A DNA stretch of 64,000 bases from Candidatus Omnitrophota bacterium (GTDB taxonomy: Bacteria > Omnitrophota > Omnitrophia > Omnitrophales > Aquincolibacteriaceae), in NCBI GenBank assembly GCA_030698625.1, contig JAUYMS010000027.1, positions 103,781-167,780 of the forward strand. The letters run 5' to 3'. The translations under genes and the position numbers were made by a program. Of the stretch, positions 34,201-42,714 are shown piece by piece. Below the pieces are notes generated by a model, which was given only the letters and a program-made list of their open reading frames with translations, ran no database searches and had not been told where the DNA came from. The number at the start of each line of letters is the position of its first letter. The stretch's first letter is position 1.

Positions 34201-37200
34201 TTCATCCAAATCTGCTCGCGCGCGCCCGGTGTAGACGTAGTAATAATTGTGGCTGGAATTGCCGTCGCTATCCTCCGATGTCGACTCCCAAACCTCGAGG
34301 TTGCCGGCCGCATCTTCAAGATGCTCATAGAGACTGTCGCCTGACTGCAGGAATCGAATCCCGCCCCACTCGTTTGCCGCTTGACCCGCAGGAGTGGCTT
34401 TCACGGCAGCGCCGGCACCATAAAGCTGATACCCCTTGTGCAGGAAGTTGACCCCTGCCGCGACTGTAACCGCCAAAGTTCCGAACACGATAAGATTCGC
34501 GACCGTCTCGCGCACGCCCGTCCGCAGCTCGGAACGGCCTATCGGTTTGTCCAGCAATGCAACGTAAAGCGTATTCGGTTCCGGGTAAAACGTGCGCTGT
34601 TGCGTCCCCACCACGGTGATCTCATAACCCATAACCTTGGGATCGATAAATGGCGGGAACCAAGTGGTCCCGCGAACGACTTTAACACCTTGGGAGGCAA
34701 GATGATCGAAGACGGCTTTGCGCATTTTGATCCCCAGTTCCTGTCCGCGGTAAGCGGGGTGAACCAGCACATCAAGGACCATCGCTTCTTTACCGGGACC
34801 CTGAAAAGGGATAACTTCAAGAGTGGAAAGGACGGGTTGCTCAAAGCTCTCGAATCCGATCATGAAGTCGTATGTCTTACTCCATGACTCGTGAACCGGG
34901 AGCGTCATGATGTATCCGATCACGGGGTTTTCGGGATCGTTCGTGTCTCTTGCGACATAACCAAATCCGTCAGCAAAAATGTCCTCTTCCAACAGCCCGA
35001 GATTAACCTCTTTCATCAACTCAACGGCCTCCCTCTCCTCGGGAGTCGCTTCGCCGGCCGGCAAGAGCGCCCTTCGAACTGCGCCATCCTTCGGATCCGG
35101 TGTCTTATTGCGATTTTTTTTCATTTCGACATCAAAGAAAAGAGGATCCAGGGCGCCCGATCGCAACAGCTCAGAAAAGATCTGAGTATCGACCGCCTCA
35201 ACGGCAATGCCTTCCGGCACATCAAAGGCGCGCAGCTCAGACCGGGATGCGCCAAGTTCGTCCGCTTCACGCAACCATCCGCGCAGTTCCGGTGCCCAAT
35301 TCACGGAAATCTTTGCCGGCGCTACAAAGTCCGCCAACCCCTCGGCTCTAACCGCCTCCCGCGGTTCGGACCTCGCGGAGTTAAAGATGATGATGGTATC
35401 CGGATGCGCATCTTTGATCGGCTTGACAAGATCTTTTCCTTCGAGCTCTCCTTCGTCGTTCTCTCCCAAATCATTGTCCAGAAGAACCAGATCGAATGTT
35501 TCTCCTGCCCGCACGAGATCAAGGGCTTCTTCTCCCCACTTTACGATCGTGATGTCCTCGCTCCTGAGATCCCAGAATTTGCGAATGATGTCCGCGTAGT
35601 AATCGTAGTAATTAACAAGGTCTTCTCCGTTCTCCACAATCAAAACTTTTCGCGGTTGCCACTTCGGCGTATACCCACGCAACTCAGACCGGTTCACATT
35701 CTGATACTGATCTTTGTCATAGACGGTGAGAATACCTTCTGCCATACCGTACACAAACGCGGCCTTTTGATCTTTTTTGCCGGCAGCGTCTTGATCGCTC
35801 AGCGAAGGTTTGTCGGGGTAGTTTGACCAATCGGGATGACTATGCGCCTGCAAGGCGAGGCTGTCTTCCGGAAGGGGTAGATCATATTGCGGATCGGCGA
35901 TGCCGAGCCGCAGTTCTACGGCGTTCTTAAATACCCCGTACTTCTCCCCCACTTCCGCGGAGGCCTGCCTGGTGTCGGGATCTTCAACGCCGCCGCTGAC
36001 TTCACGGGCAGGGTCCAAAGCATAAGAAGCTTCCGGAATAAAGTCGATGATCCCAATGCGATCCCCCTCAGTGCGGCCGACAAATTTGCCGCGTCTTTCA
36101 AAAATGAGACTGCCCCGAAACCACTGGTCCGCTTTATTCAGGGCATCCACTCGCATGACATACTTTTGCCCGCTAAAATCCCACTCAATCACTTCCTCCG
36201 TTGTTGCTGACCACCCGTGATAGAAGTCGTAGGCGTCCTTCATGGTAGCGGATACTCGCACCCACCTATTGCCCCGCAACCATTCTCCGCTCGCATCTTG
36301 ATAGGGGGTATTGAAGGCAGTCTCGGCAAGAATCAGCTCTCTTCGCGTGAGGATCTCTTCCAAAAGGGCATTGATAAATTCAAGGTCCCCAAGCGCTCCA
36401 CCCTTTTCCTCGATCGTCTTCCGGACAAACGTATTAACATTAGCATTCACGGGCATCGGCTTGAGAGAACTTGCCTCCAGCTCCGATATCAGATTGGATA
36501 GGACAACGTATAGCGCCGAGTCCCCTGCGGGAGTCTTAAAAAACGCCTCGGCTTCGATCGCTTGAATGATCGCATTGATTGTCTCTTCCGTTGAGCCGCG
36601 CAGCTCCGAGCGCTGCGGCTCGTCGAGAGTCTCGATGAGGCTATCGCCTACCAGCACACTCCCGCTCCAGCGGTTAACGAGCGGGACGGCGGTGCCGTGC
36701 ACGGTGGTCGGCTGCTTTACGAGGTTCATAATATTTTCAGGGCTCAGACGATTTCCATCACGCAGCACTCTAAGGCCTTCCATGAAATTCCTGACATGGC
36801 CGCTCCATTCCTCGTTAGCGCTCGCGTACTCCGCCGGATTGGTCATTTGTTCCGCAGCGCCGTCGATGAAACGGGTATATTGCGCCGCTTCTTCGATGCG
36901 GCCCTCGGCGGCAAGTTTACGGATGAGGGCGTCACGCCAGGCCTTGAGTTGATTATGTCTCCGCCCCGAAAGCTTGTCGGTGACAGCCCGGTTGAAAGAC
37001 TCATAGAGATTAATCTTGCCGTCCTTGATCTTGAAATGGTCGCTCCACGAGACCTTGCCCTGCATATAGTCGAGGTAAGCACTCTTGTCGGGCATCTCAC
37101 CCATATGCGGATCGACGACGACATAGGACACGTCCTGCTCACGCAAGAGTTGGGTCAGCCTTTCCGTATGAAACCCTCCCGTGATCATGGCCGCCTTATC

Positions 37201-38631
37201 CCTTCCCCTCACCGCCATGAGGTTTAGAAGATTTTTCAAGAAGACATCATCGCGCTCTCGGGCAATGGCATAAAAACGAATCGCCGGAATCTGGTCTCGG
37301 TTTATGGACTTGATGAGGTTATTCATATCTGCCGCAAGTTCGCCGATGCGATCCTCGCCGGCCTTCTCACTCCCCGCAGAGTTCATGCCCTCGAACTCCC
37401 GCCACTCGCCAAAACTGAGTTCCAGAGCTGCGAGTTTTCTTAAAACTCGCAGACGGCCGTTTAGCGCATCGACGGCACGGGCGGCCGGAGACACCATCAT
37501 GTTTTCCTTAAGCGTGCCGATCAGGGCCTCCACTTCCTCAAAAAAGGCCGCCCCCTGCATTTGTTGCAGCTGTTCATGCCGCGCAATCATTCCCGTAAGC
37601 TCCTGCGAGATTTCCAGCGGCAGGCCCTTGCCCTCGGCAAGGCGAACAAGATAATGGGCGAATGCTTCCGGGGCCAGGTGCTCCGTGCGGTAGCTTTGTA
37701 TTTTTCCCTGAAACTGGCTTGTTTCTGCATGGGTCAATAGCGGCTGCATAAGAGTAATAAGCGCTTGGACTTCTTCTTGGATCCTAGTGCGGGCCGGCCA
37801 TTCTTCCTTGCCGATCTCAGCTAGCATCGCCGCCACCCGCCCGTAATCTTCCCCGATGTTGATTATTGTCTGCTTTGCGCTTTCACCTAATTCTCTGAGA
37901 AGATCGAGGAGGTCCTTTTCGCCCTCGTGAAAATCTCGAACGGCTTGGTCCAACACCAAGAGTTTTGGGGAGTAAAATTCTGCTTTTAGGGCAGCGAGCC
38001 TTTCATCGAAAGCGTTGAGGTTTTTATCCAGCGCGGGTTTCGCTTTAAGGGCTTTTAGGAATTCTGCTATTCCACTTTCATAGAGCTCCTGATCTTCGAC
38101 ACCGTAGTAGTCAAGACTCGCCCCTAATACCGCGTGCGCCGCCGCACCGGACAATTCTCCGCTGCGGATATACGCTTCGAAAACCTCACGCAGAATATCT
38201 TTGTCGGGATAAGCCTGAAAAAGCGTGGGATCGAGTTTTCCGGCGGCACCCTCCAAGCCGATTAAGTCGATGCCGTATTCGGCGTGAAAATAGCCCACGA
38301 GTTCGAAAAGGGATTGTTGAGCGCTCGGAACGGCGTGCGCATCGCGTATGAGCACGACAAGGTTCCCGTTTTTCTCGTCGCTTGCCCGGTAATGTTCTTC
38401 AGCAGTGCCCAACTCCGCAGGGAGACTCAAGCCGGCCGACAGATCAAAAGACCCGTCGACCGTTTCACTATGCGAGCGAGGCGTAGATTGCTTGAGTTCT
38501 CCCTGTGTGGGTTGGGCATAAAGAGTGCCGGTGGGCGATATGACATCGAGCGTGGTGAAACAGATAAGCAGACAAAGGGCGGTTGCCCTTCGTCCCAGAT
38601 AGAGTTTTCGTCTTTGTGAAATCGCTCGCAT
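4261..38631 (-). CDS. Giant (11,456 aa) multi-module protein, putative exported polyprotein with RSELR-delimited enzymatic cargo modules
   Basis: A single stop-free frame of 34.4 kb with an N-terminal basic + hydrophobic segment. Recognisable in-frame motifs for JAB, REC, GNAT, His-phosphatase, GlnD-like NTase, HAD, SAM-MTase, YvcK, Nudix, glucan phosphorylase and SF1 helicase. Confidence 0.92.
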   Translation of the reverse strand: MRAISQRRKLYLGRRATALCLLICFTTLDVISPTGTLYAQPTQGELKQSTPRSHSETVDGSFDLSAGLSLPAELGTAEEHYRASDEKNGNLVVLIRDAHAVPSAQQSLFELVGYFHAEYGIDLIGLEGAAGKLDPTLFQAYPDKDILREVFEAYIRSGELSGAAAHAVLGASLDYYGVEDQELYESGIAEFLKALKAKPALDKNLNAFDERLAALKAEFYSPKLLVLDQAVRDFHEGEKDLLDLLRELGESAKQTIINIGEDYGRVAAMLAEIGKEEWPARTRIQEEVQALITLMQPLLTHAETSQFQGKIQSYRTEHLAPEAFAHYLVRLAEGKGLPLEISQELTGMIARHEQLQQMQGAAFFEEVEALIGTLKENMMVSPAARAVDALNGRLRVLRKLAALELSFGEWREFEGMNSAGSEKAGEDRIGELAADMNNLIKSINRDQIPAIRFYAIARERDDVFLKNLLNLMAVRGRDKAAMITGGFHTERLTQLLREQDVSYVVVDPHMGEMPDKSAYLDYMQGKVSWSDHFKIKDGKINLYESFNRAVTDKLSGRRHNQLKAWRDALIRKLAAEGRIEEAAQYTRFIDGAAEQMTNPAEYASANEEWSGHVRNFMEGLRVLRDGNRLSPENIMNLVKQPTTVHGTAVPLVNRWSGSVLVGDSLIETLDEPQRSELRGSTEETINAIIQAIEAEAFFKTPAGDSALYVVLSNLISELEASSLKPMPVNANVNTFVRKTIEEKGGALGDLEFINALLEEILTRRELILAETAFNTPYQDASGEWLRGNRWVRVSATMKDAYDFYHGWSATTEEVIEWDFSGQKYVMRVDALNKADQWFRGSLIFERRGKFVGRTEGDRIGIIDFIPEASYALDPAREVSGGVEDPDTRQASAEVGEKYGVFKNAVELRLGIADPQYDLPLPEDSLALQAHSHPDWSNYPDKPSLSDQDAAGKKDQKAAFVYGMAEGILTVYDKDQYQNVNRSELRGYTPKWQPRKVLIVENGEDLVNYYDYYADIIRKFWDLRSEDITIVKWGEEALDLVRAGETFDLVLLDNDLGENDEGELEGKDLVKPIKDAHPDTIIIFNSARSEPREAVRAEGLADFVAPAKISVNWAPELRGWLREADELGASRSELRAFDVPEGIAVEAVDTQIFSELLRSGALDPLFFDVEMKKNRNKTPDPKDGAVRRALLPAGEATPEEREAVELMKEVNLGLLEEDIFADGFGYVARDTNDPENPVIGYIMTLPVHESWSKTYDFMIGFESFEQPVLSTLEVIPFQGPGKEAMVLDVLVHPAYRGQELGIKMRKAVFDHLASQGVKVVRGTTWFPPFIDPKVMGYEITVVGTQQRTFYPEPNTLYVALLDKPIGRSELRTGVRETVANLIVFGTLAVTVAAGVNFLHKGYQLYGAGAAVKATPAGQAANEWGGIRFLQSGDSLYEHLEDAAGNLEVWESTSEDSDGNSSHNYYYVYTGRARADLDEAAAKAKDLGTRTAEAVPGEAPFNVWQAEDIYNESRRIRDTLPTDDWVKTDSWLGLNLFDDGDKYETQRDDVETLMQTARKKAEGYYAEVDAEIKAPFESASRRFILAIALFAGTVIVNIVFLKFGIADDVADMLPLSRSRRLTGIRDRFHERKRFRPRGRSELRETDLSKEEIERLTPTKYPTAAALLDKEPYEAWRAENPDRVLIVVGRHVEATSNLFDYTQSDLTFSPPTWRGLIQGRGFRNFFRSRKHIKFDRVISGRLERSFKTAEPVAKDQELFQQVKKRLNEMGTHPVGGVARELIYDLYADLIQHMNVNLEEFETEGFSGGYTVNYLRELFEEIQKGKGKNILISSHGLTILTITMMLLSIPFEKRKATMELMGHMPNVGISAFSYDPKTGEWDLLVYGDHSYLKPSLTAKRRWYQVFGEWLFFVGRALWRVGLRLWGYPGLPLYDYQPLLLPFIGPTKVQVEAIRSTYRRSFYRHERKAAMLADDESADRSELRTDASVRERQEALQRELSALKSKAVESLQNLDFFERKYAELLERFVVDMVAAFGLEEEISVALLGSMARKDPAYGTADIDLLVLAKNKTVQGSRALTAMADAIGVVVGVVDFPARPRAVNKPYAPTVSEMISSLETVEGIGIRSLLDARFIAGNARVYEEYQSAVAEVRSKLLQRQMTFGLPLRQVTRINRRLDRMEAESLGADEVFDRIGREILTDRQRAQIEVIVDQGSRIDVEQYLVDYMRTIRDQGLLPTDEFDPKLGTYGAQDISLLAYLGRILNGMEQWDWSEGNFSDLLNALEDSGFLSKAKSEAQILYEARVFFKRVRAASHLFSDLKNVSLQETGADVESLLGVSNLRGALYQRRIAVKQVLQRVLRRAGPQLEPYIARSELRAGLRSKFARAALGITVAAAVTFGIFASRTGDERIPEAAAPIPPAVVVEEPEKPEPPVAAVAPAPALSPAVEAPAVEAAVPVAEGPTEGQRAVAEIARRHGIDFSLEAYDTMVQVLKESQSRNPNYQVQHETAAAGTRHLIAAAETIFGEEGEGFSLNPGETLTAEDWVAKGLVPWMMIIGADYNESSPKWKLFVESIQSARAAARENLTAMVERGEITRDEDIPDLWRGLPFHNVLTDDEWALLDSQWEGIDKVKFKSYWAFVMMTGTMEYNHRYLESLGEGWLFERGPLHWYLPENFYHKMTPSLNNQHFDVMEADPFERMLNEQFMNVYFMTTHVEILKDLYQTEEVSLRYLLRNEYPNLGSRMPGDPENYSRSQVLQAEDVSKAIFYQIFAERSLWPEGAASSKDVIDSGIFRRTVETISRLRAAGFIDDYYRPSDDPVLRQILRDTLAGNYSEINTYPGYKLIRALPAVRPETILGIDFANTLPADAIRLRVRAEQAAEEPIDDRFQILRTWIRTLSVRTAFSLDIGRHYTGVREMAENGYDIDALRQLYGERAAIEDPLEMFWGRQLNRNGRQDSGVINGSNGARRRLNIPMEYWQLILTLSSIPEGNEANLRPNIQEHVRRLFGAMTEHPMWDKGFNFDDERTGAIQVGAVIGTTTNLLIEGWKDPAARLERLTAIFADEALQPVVDGMGDPVIRDGVALERTKRETILRFGIRMHHMWRGEPRPTGAEMDRIVASFETDALAIRKYGPEIIAMGEHLVKAKTDWQTAQQDQEQVTSRLETGVRLQTPARSELRNIFRSARTLGIAAFAGAFLFFAALTGRIGPDPEPGKPLPPPVVVEQIVKPIAKEVEAKRPKARDVAPAKPTVVAPVKQGPTAGEKTVMDFARRNGIDLTEDEYAVMVQILKLSQSKDPKYQLSHEAAAADAKHLEVYARAIFGENGEGFSLKKGETLTAEDWVTKALVPWMQIIGTDYRDGKSAWKWKLFVDSIKSAQKEAQISLASMVKRGEITKDEDLPDLWRGLPFHNVLSDDEWVLLDSQWKGVDKVKFKSYWSFVMMTGIMEYNHRYLERIGHPELFPRGPLHWYLPKNFYPKLRASLNNKHFNIREAEQFERIINEEFMNVYFMTSTYVLWNEVYAAQELKLRRLFATEYPNLARRMPGDSRNTYRLPILDAEDVSKAIFFQILAERSLWPKGSTSPQSAIERGLFVNTVDTIAKLRKTGFIDAYYRGSDDPRMRRILADVLAGRYSMLLTYSGSRTLSDIPRLPPGELLKINYADTLPGDAIRLRANAQRAFDKRGNDPFDVLHNHTRTLAVRTAFGLDIGRHYTAVREMAENGYDIAALRQLYQDREAIEGPLATFWGRKLNRNSRQDSGVINGSNGARRRLEIPMKYWKLILALSSVPQDEEQFLRPNIQEHVRQLFGAMTEHPMWAKGFNFDDERTGAIQVGAVIGTTTNLLIDGWKEPGKRLTNLTNLFADKTLQTVVDGEGKAVTRNGVELKRTKRETILRFGIRMHHMWRSEPRPSAAKMTRIIASFATDPLAIRKYGPEIIAMGEHFAKAKTDWRTAQKGQEQVTSRLEAGVQLRPARSELRAEPSDARATEAVVEIDSDIEETLTLSYDEQARKLQHIVADGIREKESDAAADRFLAEFEAARKQYVLARISGDFNEEHMRNYYSVFAGHLREEHYDTLVAEWKLNPNYVKALKQVRDHFGPNKKIKLRFVVRGIEGLFEKFLATPEVSDLFSGLNIDVQGITGNRLKMAEGVFTGELEEPIVLDKTKFSSPDRIFLGDASDEAYNFPFFVNVNSENAEGELNKTLDQYGLRNGDRAAEQRIRKRNWRKRLFFGLLTGVGALIIAAIVAWNAFNVPGRFAANLIDAKVAEVHEYYLERKQANTNDPHIFNTNRESVFDVLDNAFSPAEFQDSSELDILDNHTEYNYDYDMDGFRTYQRISSIPGYDKLPQSWRRALLDHSLSVPRVDRMREYDMPYFNLLNDVKLRTQLPNEFMSETDSFSDISRSDSTDPLLRPFTGPAGFDAEAMMRFYSDYRNVTEAYAEEVNIDTYRVVVFTYLQSFLNKAKWVDESGIKRPPTAVEWIDALELMKRGRIVRSVYGIEMRDEAGLRFIEREYLGVVLTPDQATKDFLDELIFALYGQVDPAAQEGRQEMSDRLQRFMGQHRLSFNPGVVFPPKPSFSAIDLMRPAPDTGARSELRTEREALDGLIAGLGRKINKRVNEAQRGRAIALLDGAGDINQGAVADVFRLARLSRQHIAPITEYLQGAKEARLLDPSHVQFDIEKWISEVFLPTQDPLAERLKTGELPAGEFITWFDETLGVLEPGLKFSDISDISPDSTMGAVEAANIAPHFQRTFFPHGLIVAQAGTTEEPYRILRFNDAETRQVTTEAGHEVPVYLVRLKTKVDQVVVASATEDFITLYEDGVEFLAEIIAHYQKMKRDSGRPGFRMLPFSQQPDKLDYVTMRVRVESFGEGDQKDLKKVLLEDMMLEERSHVDAKRFMRDVTGSVFVAGKPDFGREQVSRLLQDDSTLRTRLADSATKTEEKQAIANEMILEVEASLNALRKQHNAPFMLLLKIAKALGTDGEVPGESADIVIGREMALLLSEKLMGTATADKLEWAKYINDQLRDFNQFRESVRQAADAVYREHFIPLARRSEIQTEDAPFSDLEVIRMRKVDQALLDLQPEDTADDERDGISATSDGLGWTFINRDFSAFMDYARAHQGVGPNLSFKTDLEGARVMIAGPGIFGAEVEEFSEYPVGDFHLVDALPKNFRTMDQNLKTKGITANVNGYLWDLKKPLPELQNEDEKMDIIFISDVAHPKSISDRQARVIAQNLMSYLKPGGIIISTGGQFRLHERNAFRSEDPVMRIDRLGASEETAIYTKLYAPPGILEQQAQTLRDIASLVQELAGEGVTARVGDAALSGLTESPDFLYQTIKDNAVLKNPDEVKRLLQARLDLLRGNPPPLGLDAKQVETIFNAVFDYEAFLRQHSPADPLNIVVLRGGRGASQFTEVLKSLPNVNVQILLGAVDDGRSWFIPARDFGATGIPDAGKSLLDLGNNEAVIDFLKKRLEGADATLLAEDFERLILVLEGESGVEFHYESMRELSEKGLAIAGAKRGELTGYLKKFRDTLNTRYAESEFTYEFMPLRSLALLGAAWELEDTGEENFWQKAVDAVGAVLDMKQGDRVLFPTEKRQHLVAMAGDGTIYFAETGVNEFRDKTHPFIGLWLVDRPVEIAEFERKIRERGIDIEPLTLQRRGVWLGSPEAGGEDYDEGLAREILETSRKVDEKQAFETAGLISEILGDDISEDPVSENVAEVLRNADAIVYGNTTLESNIGSSLIVPGLGEAIRSNEKAVKIHIANPTSEAEPYGTTALGLVKRIYRYATRQFVHSHPTHNFPDVRGVVHYTVGSPTTYQKRDPGKLYIPFDQSEVDRSIRSQVGTIGLDLEIRKPLERSGTSYKEVDREWGFYSPELLAQSVIGLLGIHASQYRVSFQDKLVMRPKPAGESGDIESIRGGAWRRLNDEQDIVQIVDERGQVLAGQGKAKYRVYRDGDWHQAAQVLFVDDDGRVLLPRRSLSRILSPGKLQITAGGQVRVGETLIDAVVRETRAKLGIEMDLHRLTQISADNEMKRSYRQGYTVNNEFGTLFVYRGNSAEIATIRQGYNIYEMSDLERMPLKTFQRRVYQDPDQFSNTILHLFRQKPHLVEKLVREGGAKRSELRTEPSVDEIEDERLQFLLDQGYRAVEDVDLKDGRGFVSFSYDSKLSPRGPESLLRADKLLAEIAPAERPTQFLVAPYVNIPSSDTSQLDPIRDRVAVFQGVVPGMHDPKKEKLKVLPYIYADPEILDIVRTGKEAWRDPMVMKAHRKALFDELFTVYPTEEKNSFTPHLELLEHLRNDVIPESLMGFVYTSKYANRRSFVRFVNSLHKAREHKYPMADGKPIVVFTMLNRGQEYKDIHGQQHKLHDQIFDVLENGDDLKPEVTFIDLHDKHVKIPGEIKPGSVIVINIASQQSRTFNRLHFLSDAAIVAGDFGLNNAFTFAARGVGGGTLFSTHLFSHDTLAEQFLQQLERSPNYVDSMGAIFRNSLGRFLEIQNPHYHEYSPDVLEDLEEVLARVIGNKDDRRLYRDTLAEIVRKERNMLNYFIAVFDQLDEGRTLEDILSKPISVPSGLEIQGDLSFVRYRPLITINQAITGYGDARRAAVFAEVFRTVGAKQNDLLVYLADEDLTDLTTGMAKLDEVTNVKVLRFLFVPKDASGDPLRKADGSLRYLVLEKTDLKRSELRAAESYNRAKESAAHYIPFRDLGSELPGSDIDLDLELPVTGIKASREHVLKFFDGFGQGEKVARKKLTLARNTARLITSLVDKPVVYSMGLGAGDEAGKLDILGTLMKTDFETLIGTHREPLSFGDFKAQVTEQLGSVVDPETEIEFARRRQERKQQRYVATFRHNGIERTVIAYFGFDADRDYPEEIKQGYQVLINETSIGDSFHFQQVLSLLDRNAGFFLTRGNDSEGKDPGVYSGVTPESNIDAYPLLINQFSELNSAAHYELGRSAYDSSEVRPVILVPNETAAKLKSQTPEITERVMAGDKDVINQLKEMEAPAEGSFTLRVIPATEEQGSALQSLGFERVQPEEDLVGQIADYFLEDKVKDVELRNGGTVMVVILAQPESYSTNARVSEIHLKFRSGKTVQNIRQNVRDMTEDPSAWTDSDKVASLVSAIEDGHLVLINQPYGISDDELRALIVEIHEIAPDGSAWVDERHFSEAERVSVLKEIQERQRRIRGREDLLGVQMSAIAEYVAEQERKADDARRNEALASRREEEQKAAREKLNLAQMVTFGEGTIQEVMAVAEDEILSEQDNLDEVGIWTATPAELAANEFLPHALVGFRGGAPSETLRQQRETLGMGLEPMTKDRFQLIRQDLPGAVSRRISAVSAAGEALPAGTFKRAYIFVALEPEEELFKPFAQTQARPEQLNRVDEAVEIKVSLSFAEIDLGKAQSFLRRYATFDTLSRATSILDLPKNRDLAAGVKAPQVTSELIERYIEAVNPTLVLDGWKYRLKKGKIEILDYAGRHIITTRDHELRDFLRKQLWGVLLMTGTFDLRSVKEIMREMGVTKTFRAFIADSHMQVPAGTKVLKEHYQAIWAIVTPMRGASGGWLERGIAWAARKVGMEAFVEFRPKLRFKARSQAEKQAIVFARYSFQAALNALNGRGEPVWYLPTIDFALNHLDQVVGSEETPAETHRSELRHTWVSENTPDVQNVTVVTRQFEAGLHRDILAKLANRFGKKIANFVSQLNFTGGLGALMPDLIDGWRKNGTDIIAIHPLYNNKIKGIVRGERGSEGLNGALPLEVLAGAKNLGDYLKEVLDDTGIEFKMKLKIGDDFRDKARGKARSVVDRELTVHVYETQTKYGKTPSYYLDIFFVNGDGRTVSVFDEVYPDADETGTTLWRDVHMGAYAQASQMLLKELQSRKLVQQDILFVDNEVFASMPTPMFPNAMHHHINHTVFRPGLYSPNASSYEMLGFAEWMRPYIVNGDKINITDAVAMYSDMITGVGLYEHTPVLRNDGIFSGHMHKLTGYNSNGVRSTNGVLLDQWQSPEKRELIEQFKTSLGMVDSDGDREFFKILNTSAALRDEFQRRSEYVNAGYVGQFLLWMAVEQGNSLWFEDAIAEYTKRTGHKAEDGAMLIQSFMGAIHAALLDETKWANLSGDVGVLRDILIEDPIVSNIRRQVAYKGPEKWIELLESLARDPEALAAFKRDSARVVIGGRVFDSGAQWKFDRIKELIRELGLEHRIATVENYSIFAAPVIFQAMAGVVMLSDEFLEASATSMMKGLANFAQLIGVWGGAMPELFTIIEKSSGREIDIFAENVSHDELVQNLESGVWEITNGFLVEYSNSEMSGVDGGGRRPMAASLGAALKGLKTRYSDPVSRREAQYQAVASSWKVDIERGQTRAHAFLWQEAISRRNEQNKIFSNLKIPSTTATNLLTLAKDDGFGWTRRPDLAKKDTILVEKGVPGLLGFLDSFRRLRMRGVEALWAMSYHTSNPELHPEGDIFHFILNYLLKDDDPSLKDVKDEIKRLATASASEKSLNKKVELNLHAFEVINLLAIRLSWSILESSIKEGKEISTLFQDARLREYLIRYLHKNGELLDATTLNVKAYTVHVNGEKVLVAVNESTEEALGGTEVYGVRGFTTLLGEDAVGDRASVFDVENANTKAKYGRHTVGDLFAQGLPVNVRTVQALRFVERKEEKLIRYLSAAIRGEFVRGNQAPALLLINEIKTLREKPEELKNVLKTVAELKPNAAREHFSDQDKRPVGIPPVMALIAIASPDLLRYMKDWNQEVFARLNDVISDTALRDLFDHGEIEFHRVSRETVIVFARTHEGRRLIVPISFGSRHHTEPDKKVWVRLTDVGFLGIERGDARYRVYDHLQKKYLTEPDTLKGEALHREGWGIGIPVIDGWHFQILEIEPAARSELRTELGEQHGERAETDFMRAGVVVEEILGESDAEVERLKTAQGDPIELAHILLNKTDKARGAAARKMIRLQEEYEVTARTKTGSVRKERKLQDREDQITQELRHLKTGMDLMVVMRQSAAFVLMNSYGDGMPPRETIEQILPTVVDYHYSSDLDYGNYRRLSNLLVAADMLDSERMLLEVYVQSKTDMTNWEQIEMAARLAEQLRLNFDPLKPTEIAMAFLALEKALMLLDEVGKEGIPEDQVQSMRVDVLSELAGFHMLYKEDITHIDQALESIRLALDLDPNHAISQSFLTHLLFLRGFILNNPPADDTEPDMEGAQAAFRQAVAAGHKMIEARKATGAYADAYFEPWHDYFEAVAAFYSGDLETADRIYRDLAPKALGEMRLVLPYDHATVHLLRGRPDEAKEALKLFFKLLYQARTLQVLPGARKSVFLSRPMHQLGAAARLSREIFDDFKQWPDDAGAMEEMVTYLLEREIRTGGYITSATLAIVEGLYRVGQRPSNHWENIHAVLNALNVRSPILARKLVERLTLDNKGRDAVFAEQTADYLTASIDKTADDIDGFLNYFMIAGRGTNSGHVADDQKTRYVEKFADLADAHLMKHGYDPGAMFGLFERIRERFSQRTGINAILDIAFYTRFLKLLINESRYLKGEGGERYQTFRRNLTSFLRGGIKQYRQLLSEHEESLLIFFFYQNLAELAAIADEEDIELEVNKKILRAVATHMPRMGQDQGDVLAASSLQHLNRTVYGKLRDGKIEDAKSEIQLWGQRFGRGLAYLERHREEGHAANAELYEMMFEAFNSGSWLHTLHLGDSELAGLRGTISKFLRLAMGDEFYQSNKFFLLSIATIAWAVRDDETFLKATTEMLDFDYEGVSDMVVLRGAGLMEILASFAEGEGDLPERARAKAQELLGIYQTAAGHEGDEKRKAAMHANAEFHRAVAALSAGNPAEALKTLTRARERFSELEIDSNFSVEAAFTIVYWSQGSFDEGRAELKKTLPQETKGKKKQAKANNFLTNKNIARVFLTIPEDFQNLLIESHLDLLTGPGFERLTGAQLKEILYRLELMAPELTRQRLTAYFEDFLKNEGEWKGDASYILLKWLADNIDREHAATVYNLAQRIERGLSGQASRRIQKEILPTLQSKVRPVDFLEDAKRLLVAGDYKGAENSVRAGIEGAKAKEFDEVRGRLNALKAKIAQAADLFQRIRKGYGDSLSPNEYETIAQLAKELEELNPGDPNAQRYKFYSNLIRGTAIRIASGKRESITGSIEVLEKNLKFGEDKKVSAAITSIKTYQHLMSQVKGNLSTKRFRAARRLYDKAIGDLEDAWAVSVARAQDEIKDLADEIAEHERNARRLRAVIEVNGDLRETYRAAVHLVSYPEESEGTFNLLLTKAKAAFDGAVEAVSNLPDENAFQLNQSQQRILVDLGSADERQERQHEVLVEEAIQMARLVIELSVHNGPSQAVLKKAQEIISQAVASLWLPKMIDDYFIVRTMAEAQRLRDDNEHRRRRAKDLPVEFEFPFDRLTVDRTTFTVTGFLVDQLVAANLKEVILPGDSFTFRHPTDDEELPLMFRVKTVEPKKVVFELPKTHEGRDELVNKLERMGRAGIMTRMRNDGWERQAKTLRGMIRKLIESSRSVIEIDGNAGPLATTGKTVVDRALGIRVDIPSAAGAEEKRRQNDRNRAWLELLEKEMDHELDPPQREAVVELLNTEIPVVYVQGPGGTGKTHVISLLVKMLYDSNQNVLVAAQQNQALDNAIERLPKEVAFVRIGNSDQAIENPEIRANWEKKAEKLKELSATVQASKDRQRTAAATPPDKKGGKGFVLVGTVNGALQDHDLLSHPILLDEVRILIIDEGSRATLAEALQLMDNLPNLEMVVLVGDHNQLPAYGISDGDNEGDIDKALRELGPDFKEIKADFGRVTLRRNVREGVFAQKRVDNFRISLLERALEIYFEGDPQDEIFKLTRPSFHFFDIQRRSGYRIVDVNNYFYNGKLVPGRDDPGVVIEDNTNGRAPEETKAAPRGDRREFTGGNFVEANRVVHWVNELMNGKVKRYVKGDKGEWRFLYEKLEAKDIAVVTPYRRQIAIVTETLYELAKIHEWTQQVIDGEAKLDDDMIAQIETALRSEALYQYVWRDRVGEQIQSLRKWRNVRAAQDLRRYLKLGERFVTTEALDEGVFTVTTVDSSIGHEYKAVIHSWVRSNVWKRQEKRWVVDEKKTGVLGFLARKIDGWKRRNVKTGRPKDYEIWIWDRETFGSARRNPEILEWVRYTVGKFAKFITEDREIEKQIEERLGRGRRRGGRDNRHRSELREVAHDVLGALAARADLPVDLAGRLAGLVAGGLDSFEKAAYAAMGEPRYVNLWLLARSDGGIVSLLRAERQIRQDHADYDGEHRSFIDAGISRIVEALRSHLAADAQNKLNFAFAVRMPDSVKARSELRQYVEMVRDLRAAHPLQVTGDIRVLLTADERKRWVAFAKALEASGVAKIIEADSEPAQFLLESYLRDHGLAMVLGVAEEQLSGQYSNRLLLSQVSVESGMPIALFMTSLLALKDRHERLKAELLEELVAQMQGTVRVTRQSLEITHLALEIAYEFELSKLISTMA
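4756..36612 (-). repeat. Dispersed protein-level repeat RSELR x16 (+ RSEIQ x1) within the giant ORF
   Basis: In-frame copies at 36598-36612, 35677-35691, 35230-35244, 34522-34536, 33709-33723, 32695-32709, 31522-31536, 29122-29136, 26734-26748, 24880-24894, 20308-20322, 18622-18636, 15736-15750, 12049-12063, 5140-5154 and 4756-4770. RSEIQ at 23500-23514. Confidence 0.95.
26734..31521 (-). repeat. Diverged tandem duplication of a ~2.4-kb (~800 aa) module inside the giant ORF
   Basis: Copies at 29122-31521 and 26734-29121 share long near-identical peptides ([75 protein letters not shown]). Both end in QEQVTSRLE...PARSELR. Confidence 0.95.
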
Positions 38632-38810
38632 AGTTCGTAACCCTTTTAAAAGGAAAAGGATATGAAAGGGTACACGGGCTTTGTAAAAGTTTCAAATAAG
38701 TTGCGAGGGATTATCTTGGATGGGTGGCGCTGCTATATATCGATATAAACAACTAGCTGGGAAATTTCGTGATTTCTAACAGAAGCGGGCTTTGAAAAGC
38801 AGGGGGTGTA

Positions 38811-39905
38811 TTAAACACTGAAACGGAATAGCATCACATCACCGTCGACAACCTCATACTCCTTGCCTTCGACACGCAAAAGGCCTTTTTCTTTGACGGC
38901 AGCCGAGGAGCCGAGTCGGATGAGATCCTCGCATTTCATCGTCTCGGCACGGATAAAACCCCGTTCGAAATCGGAATGAATCACGCCCGCCGCCTGCGGG
39001 GCCGTACAACCGCGGCGCACAGTCCAAGCGCGAACTTCCGGTTCGCCGGCGGTAAAATAAGTGATAAGATTGAGCAGTTTGTAACCGCTGCGGATGAGCT
39101 GATGCAGACCCGGCTCCTCAAGTTTGAGCTCGGCAAGAAACTCTTTTTGTTCCTCGGGGGAGAGGTCTACGAGTTCGGCCTCGACTTTTCCTGAAATGAC
39201 AACCATTTCGGCGCCTTCTCCAACAGCCCATTCCCGGACCTTGGCAACAAAAGGCCCTCCCTCCGGCAGCTCGTCTTCGGCTGCATTCGCGCAGTAGAGA
39301 ACTGGCTTCAGGGTAAGAAAAGCCATGTCCAGTATTAACTTCTTTTCCTGGTCCGTGAGATCAAGACGCCTAAGCGGAGTTCCGTCTTCCAAGGACTTTT
39401 TGACCTTTTCGTACACCGGCAAGAGCTCCTTGCATTCCTTATCACCGCTCCGTGCAAGTTTTTCGGTTTTCTCAAAACGCTTCGACATGGTGTCGAGATC
39501 TTTGAGGCAAAGTTCGGTATCAATAATTTCGATATCACGGATCGGATCCACGCTTCCGGCGACATGCACAATGTTAGAGTCCTCGAAGCAGCGCACCACA
39601 TGCAGGATAGCCTCGACTTCTTTGATATGCCCCAAGAATTGGTTTCCGAGCCCTTCCCCTTTGGATGCCCCGCTAACCAGTCCCGCGATATCGAAGAACT
39701 CGATAGAGGTCGGGGTCGTTTTCTTTGGGGAAAAAATCTGGCTAAGTGCTGTCAGGCGTGGGTCGGGAACCCCCACAATGCCTTTATTGGGATCAATGGT
39801 GCAAAACGGATAGTTGGACGCCTCGACCTTTGTTTTACACAACGTATTGAAAATCGTAGATTTACCGACATTCGGAAGGCCTACGATTCCACAGCGAAAA
39901 CCCAT
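38811..39905 (-). CDS. ychF: Redox-regulated ribosome-binding ATPase YchF
   Basis: GIVGLPNVGKST, NYPFCTIDPN, DIAGLV, GEGLGNQFL, APQAAGVIHSDFERGFIRAE. Confidence 0.97.
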   Translation of the reverse strand: MGFRCGIVGLPNVGKSTIFNTLCKTKVEASNYPFCTIDPNKGIVGVPDPRLTALSQIFSPKKTTPTSIEFFDIAGLVSGASKGEGLGNQFLGHIKEVEAILHVVRCFEDSNIVHVAGSVDPIRDIEIIDTELCLKDLDTMSKRFEKTEKLARSGDKECKELLPVYEKVKKSLEDGTPLRRLDLTDQEKKLILDMAFLTLKPVLYCANAAEDELPEGGPFVAKVREWAVGEGAEMVVISGKVEAELVDLSPEEQKEFLAELKLEEPGLHQLIRSGYKLLNLITYFTAGEPEVRAWTVRRGCTAPQAAGVIHSDFERGFIRAETMKCEDLIRLGSSAAVKEKGLLRVEGKEYEVVDGDVMLFRFSV

Positions 39906-40048
39906 ATTTTACTCTCCTTAAACTCCCTTGGTTGGTCTGCGCAATATATCAGAAAAGGCGGACGGCGGAAACCAGCTCTTGACAGGTTGATTATTTAGGA
40001 TAATATATATGCTGTTTTTACAATTATGTCGTTCTGGGTGCCCTCACT

Positions 40049-40720
40049 ATGAAACCACTGATTCTTTTTTTAGCGATTCACCTGTTGGCTATAGCGCCTA
40101 CCGTTGTGGCCGTTGAAGTTGAATACGAGCACCGAGAGCTATTTGCCTATCTGCTTGAGCTCGAACCGTCGGCGCGTGAAGTCCAGCAGGCCGTCATTCA
40201 TTATGCGGATGTCGGCAACGCAAAGATTCACCGCTGGCACCAGCAATCGCGTCTCAGAGCGCTTATGCCCTCAGTCAAGTTCGGGCGAGACCATTCCCGC
40301 AGCAATGTTGTCGATCTAGATCGCGGCAGCACGTCAGATTCTGACGTATATATTAGCGGCCCTGATGAGGTCGAGGAGCAGTGGGACTTCGCCGTCGAGT
40401 GGGACCTCTCAAACCTTCTCTTCAGCAGCTCTCAGACATATATCGACTCGCGGCAAAGGTCCATGGTTCAGCTCCGCAAACAACTGTTGGCCGAAGCGAC
40501 ACAGCTCTACTACGAACGCCGCCGCACCCAGGTTCTCGTCCTTGGGTTTGCGGCACAGAGCGAAAAGGACCCCTGGAGCATGCGTGTCCGCCTGGACGAA
40601 CTGACATCACTGCTTGATGCTATGACGGGCGGCTTTTTAAGCGCGCGGTTGGACGAGCTTTATCTACTGTATCCCGAATTCAGCCGTCTTTGGCTCGGCG
40701 CTCCGAGTCTTTCCGGTTGA
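40049..40720 (+). CDS. Secreted hypothetical protein, possibly a single outer-membrane-efflux (TolC-like) repeat
   Basis: Signal peptide MKPLILFLAIHLLAIAPTVVA, a helix-Pro-beta-beta-helix pattern (RALMPSVKFG...WDFAVEWDL...AEATQLYYERRR), and TTGACA upstream at 39979. The family call is tentative. Confidence 0.55.
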   Translation: MKPLILFLAIHLLAIAPTVVAVEVEYEHRELFAYLLELEPSAREVQQAVIHYADVGNAKIHRWHQQSRLRALMPSVKFGRDHSRSNVVDLDRGSTSDSDVYISGPDEVEEQWDFAVEWDLSNLLFSSSQTYIDSRQRSMVQLRKQLLAEATQLYYERRRTQVLVLGFAAQSEKDPWSMRVRLDELTSLLDAMTGGFLSARLDELYLLYPEFSRLWLGAPSLSG

Positions 40721-41750
40721 GGCGAAGTTGACCGCACGCCGCATCAATATCTCGCCCTGCGGTCTTGCGTATCGTAACACGTATCCCGTGCTCGTGAAAA
40801 ACGCGGCGGAACATTGCAATTTTCTCGTCTGTCGGCGTGCGGAACGCTTCTTCTTCAATGGGGTTGTACGGGATGATGTTGACCTTTGCATGCAACGGCT
40901 TGGCGATACGCGCGACGCCCTCGGCGTCCTCACGGCTATCGTTGACCTCGTCGATGAGCGTATACTCAAACGTTATCTGCCGCTTGAGGCTGTGGTGAAC
41001 TTTAGCCAGAGTTTTCTTGAGCTCGCCCAAACCATATTTCCTATTAATCGGCACGAGGCGGCTCCGTTTCGCATCGTCGCTCGCATGCAATGAGACCGAT
41101 AACCGTACGCGGCCGCCGACATGCTTAACAAAATCCAGAATGCGGGGCGTAATCCCGGAAGTCGACACGGTGATCCTTCGCGGTCCCATCGCTAAGCCCC
41201 ACGGCGCTTGTAGAATATCAAGAGCCCTCATGGTCTCATCGAAATTGTCTAGCGGCTCACCCATCCCCATAAACACGACGTTCGTGACCGCCCCGGCCTT
41301 CATTTTCTGAATCCAAGCAACTTGCTCGACAATCTCCCCAGCTGAGAGATCGCGACCGAATTTTCCCTTACCGCTGGCGCAAAAGATACACCCGATCTTG
41401 CACCCCAGCTGAGTCGAAACGCAAACAGTCTTTCTTTTCTGCTGCTCGATCAAAACGCTTTCGACAAGCTCGCCGTCGATTGTGCGAAAAAGATATTTCA
41501 CGGATTCCCCATTGGCCGAAGCCTTTTCTTCAACCAAGCTGAGCGCGTGAAGCCGATACTCCGTGCTCAAACGCTGGCGAGTTGCCGTTGGGAGATTGCT
41601 TGCTTCTTGGAAGGACTCAATGTTCTTTTTATATATCCACTCGAGTATTTGGGTTGCGCGGTATGGCGGCAGCCCCTCGCGTTTCGCGAGTTCCTGGGCC
41701 GCCTCAAGGTCTATGCCGAAAAGGACATGGTTTAAATCCACTTTTTCCAT
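40680..41750 (-). CDS. rlmN: 23S rRNA/tRNA m2A radical-SAM methyltransferase RlmN
   Basis: CVSTQLGCKIGCIFC, VFMGMGEPL, VSTSG, DIDAACGQL. Start approximate (ATG 41750). Confidence 0.95.
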   Translation of the reverse strand: MEKVDLNHVLFGIDLEAAQELAKREGLPPYRATQILEWIYKKNIESFQEASNLPTATRQRLSTEYRLHALSLVEEKASANGESVKYLFRTIDGELVESVLIEQQKRKTVCVSTQLGCKIGCIFCASGKGKFGRDLSAGEIVEQVAWIQKMKAGAVTNVVFMGMGEPLDNFDETMRALDILQAPWGLAMGPRRITVSTSGITPRILDFVKHVGGRVRLSVSLHASDDAKRSRLVPINRKYGLGELKKTLAKVHHSLKRQITFEYTLIDEVNDSREDAEGVARIAKPLHAKVNIIPYNPIEEEAFRTPTDEKIAMFRRVFHEHGIRVTIRKTAGRDIDAACGQLRLNRKDSERRAKDG

Positions 41751-42712
41751 TTCATCCAGATCAGCATTACGCCCGATATGGCGGCCATCACGAGAAATGA
41801 AAATCCATAGCCGAATTTCCATGTCAATTCCGGCATGTGGCGAAAGTTCATGCCATAAATGCTGGCGACAATCACGGCGGGCATGGTCAGTGTTGCAAGC
41901 ACCGTCATGTGCTTGATAATTTCATTGAGCTTATGCGAGGAGTACGAAAAATAGGCCTGCAAAACACTCGACAGACTTTCGTGAAAACCTTCTGCGATAC
42001 TGTAAATTCGGAGAAGATGGTCATAGATATCACGAAAGTAAATGCGGTGTTTGGCCGTGATAAACGGCGTTGGGGTACGCGTCAGGTAATTGATGAGGTC
42101 GCGCTGCGGCGAAACGATTTTTCTCAGGTTAAAGACGTCGCGCTTCATCATTATCACAGTTTCCAAATAATCGGCGGGCGGATTATGAAAGATGGCTTCT
42201 TCGATCTTATCAATGCGGTCGTCGTATCGGTCGAGAATCGGTTGGAAGTTATCGACTAAGCGGTCGAGAATGGCATGCACCAAAACGTCGGAACCGTGCG
42301 CCATCAGGATCTCCGGCTTTCGCTCAACGGTATTCCGCACCTGCTCGACGGTCCCCACCGGGGTCTTGTGAAATGTAACGACGTAGTTGCGCCCGAAAAA
42401 AATATCCAACTCGATCGTCCGGAGCTCCTCTTCACCTTCGTCATTGGGCTGTGTCATCAGCGCGTGAGTCACTAGAAACAGATACTCTTCGTAATCGTCG
42501 ACCTTCGGCTGCGAGTGATCCGTCAAACAGTCTTCAACCGCGAGAGGATGAAAGTTGAAGATCTCCACCAAACAATCGCTTTCGAATTCGGTAGGGGCCT
42601 GCAGGTCCACCCAGACCAGGCTGTCTTTTTCCGCAAGCGCCGAGAGCATCTGCGCGCGGGTGAGGTCCTTCGTGAAAGCCTTTCCCTTTTTCCACTGGCA
42701 TGTGTGAAGCAC
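41732..42712 (-). CDS. corA: Magnesium/cobalt transporter CorA
   Basis: WVDL, FHPLAVEDC, YFRDIYDHL, YGMNF and MPEL signatures. Confidence 0.95.
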   Translation of the reverse strand: MLHTCQWKKGKAFTKDLTRAQMLSALAEKDSLVWVDLQAPTEFESDCLVEIFNFHPLAVEDCLTDHSQPKVDDYEEYLFLVTHALMTQPNDEGEEELRTIELDIFFGRNYVVTFHKTPVGTVEQVRNTVERKPEILMAHGSDVLVHAILDRLVDNFQPILDRYDDRIDKIEEAIFHNPPADYLETVIMMKRDVFNLRKIVSPQRDLINYLTRTPTPFITAKHRIYFRDIYDHLLRIYSIAEGFHESLSSVLQAYFSYSSHKLNEIIKHMTVLATLTMPAVIVASIYGMNFRHMPELTWKFGYGFSFLVMAAISGVMLIWMKWKKWI

Positions 42713-42714
42713 AA

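Noticed and set aside
35355-35380. Near-match ARSEPR (also WRSEPR and RDHELR elsewhere) as additional motif copies
   Set aside because: ARSEPR and WRSEPR lie inside domains (the receiver and the duplicated domain), and all three differ at core positions.
4756-36612. RSELR-coding DNA as a CRISPR repeat, attC site or IS end
   Set aside because: Only 15 nt, variable mainly at synonymous positions, irregular spacing of 0.4-6.9 kb, and no cas or integrase genes in the window.
4261-38631. Giant ORF as an assembly artefact or chance fusion of separate genes
   Set aside because: One frame stays open for 34 kb, all motifs are in frame, and the duplicated modules are diverged rather than identical. 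Read mapping would still be a useful check.
4610-38695. Dozens of 60-370 aa ORFs overlapping the giant gene on the opposite strand or in other frames
   Set aside because: They are shadow ORFs of a GC-rich coding frame. They show no recognisable motifs, while the long frame has many.
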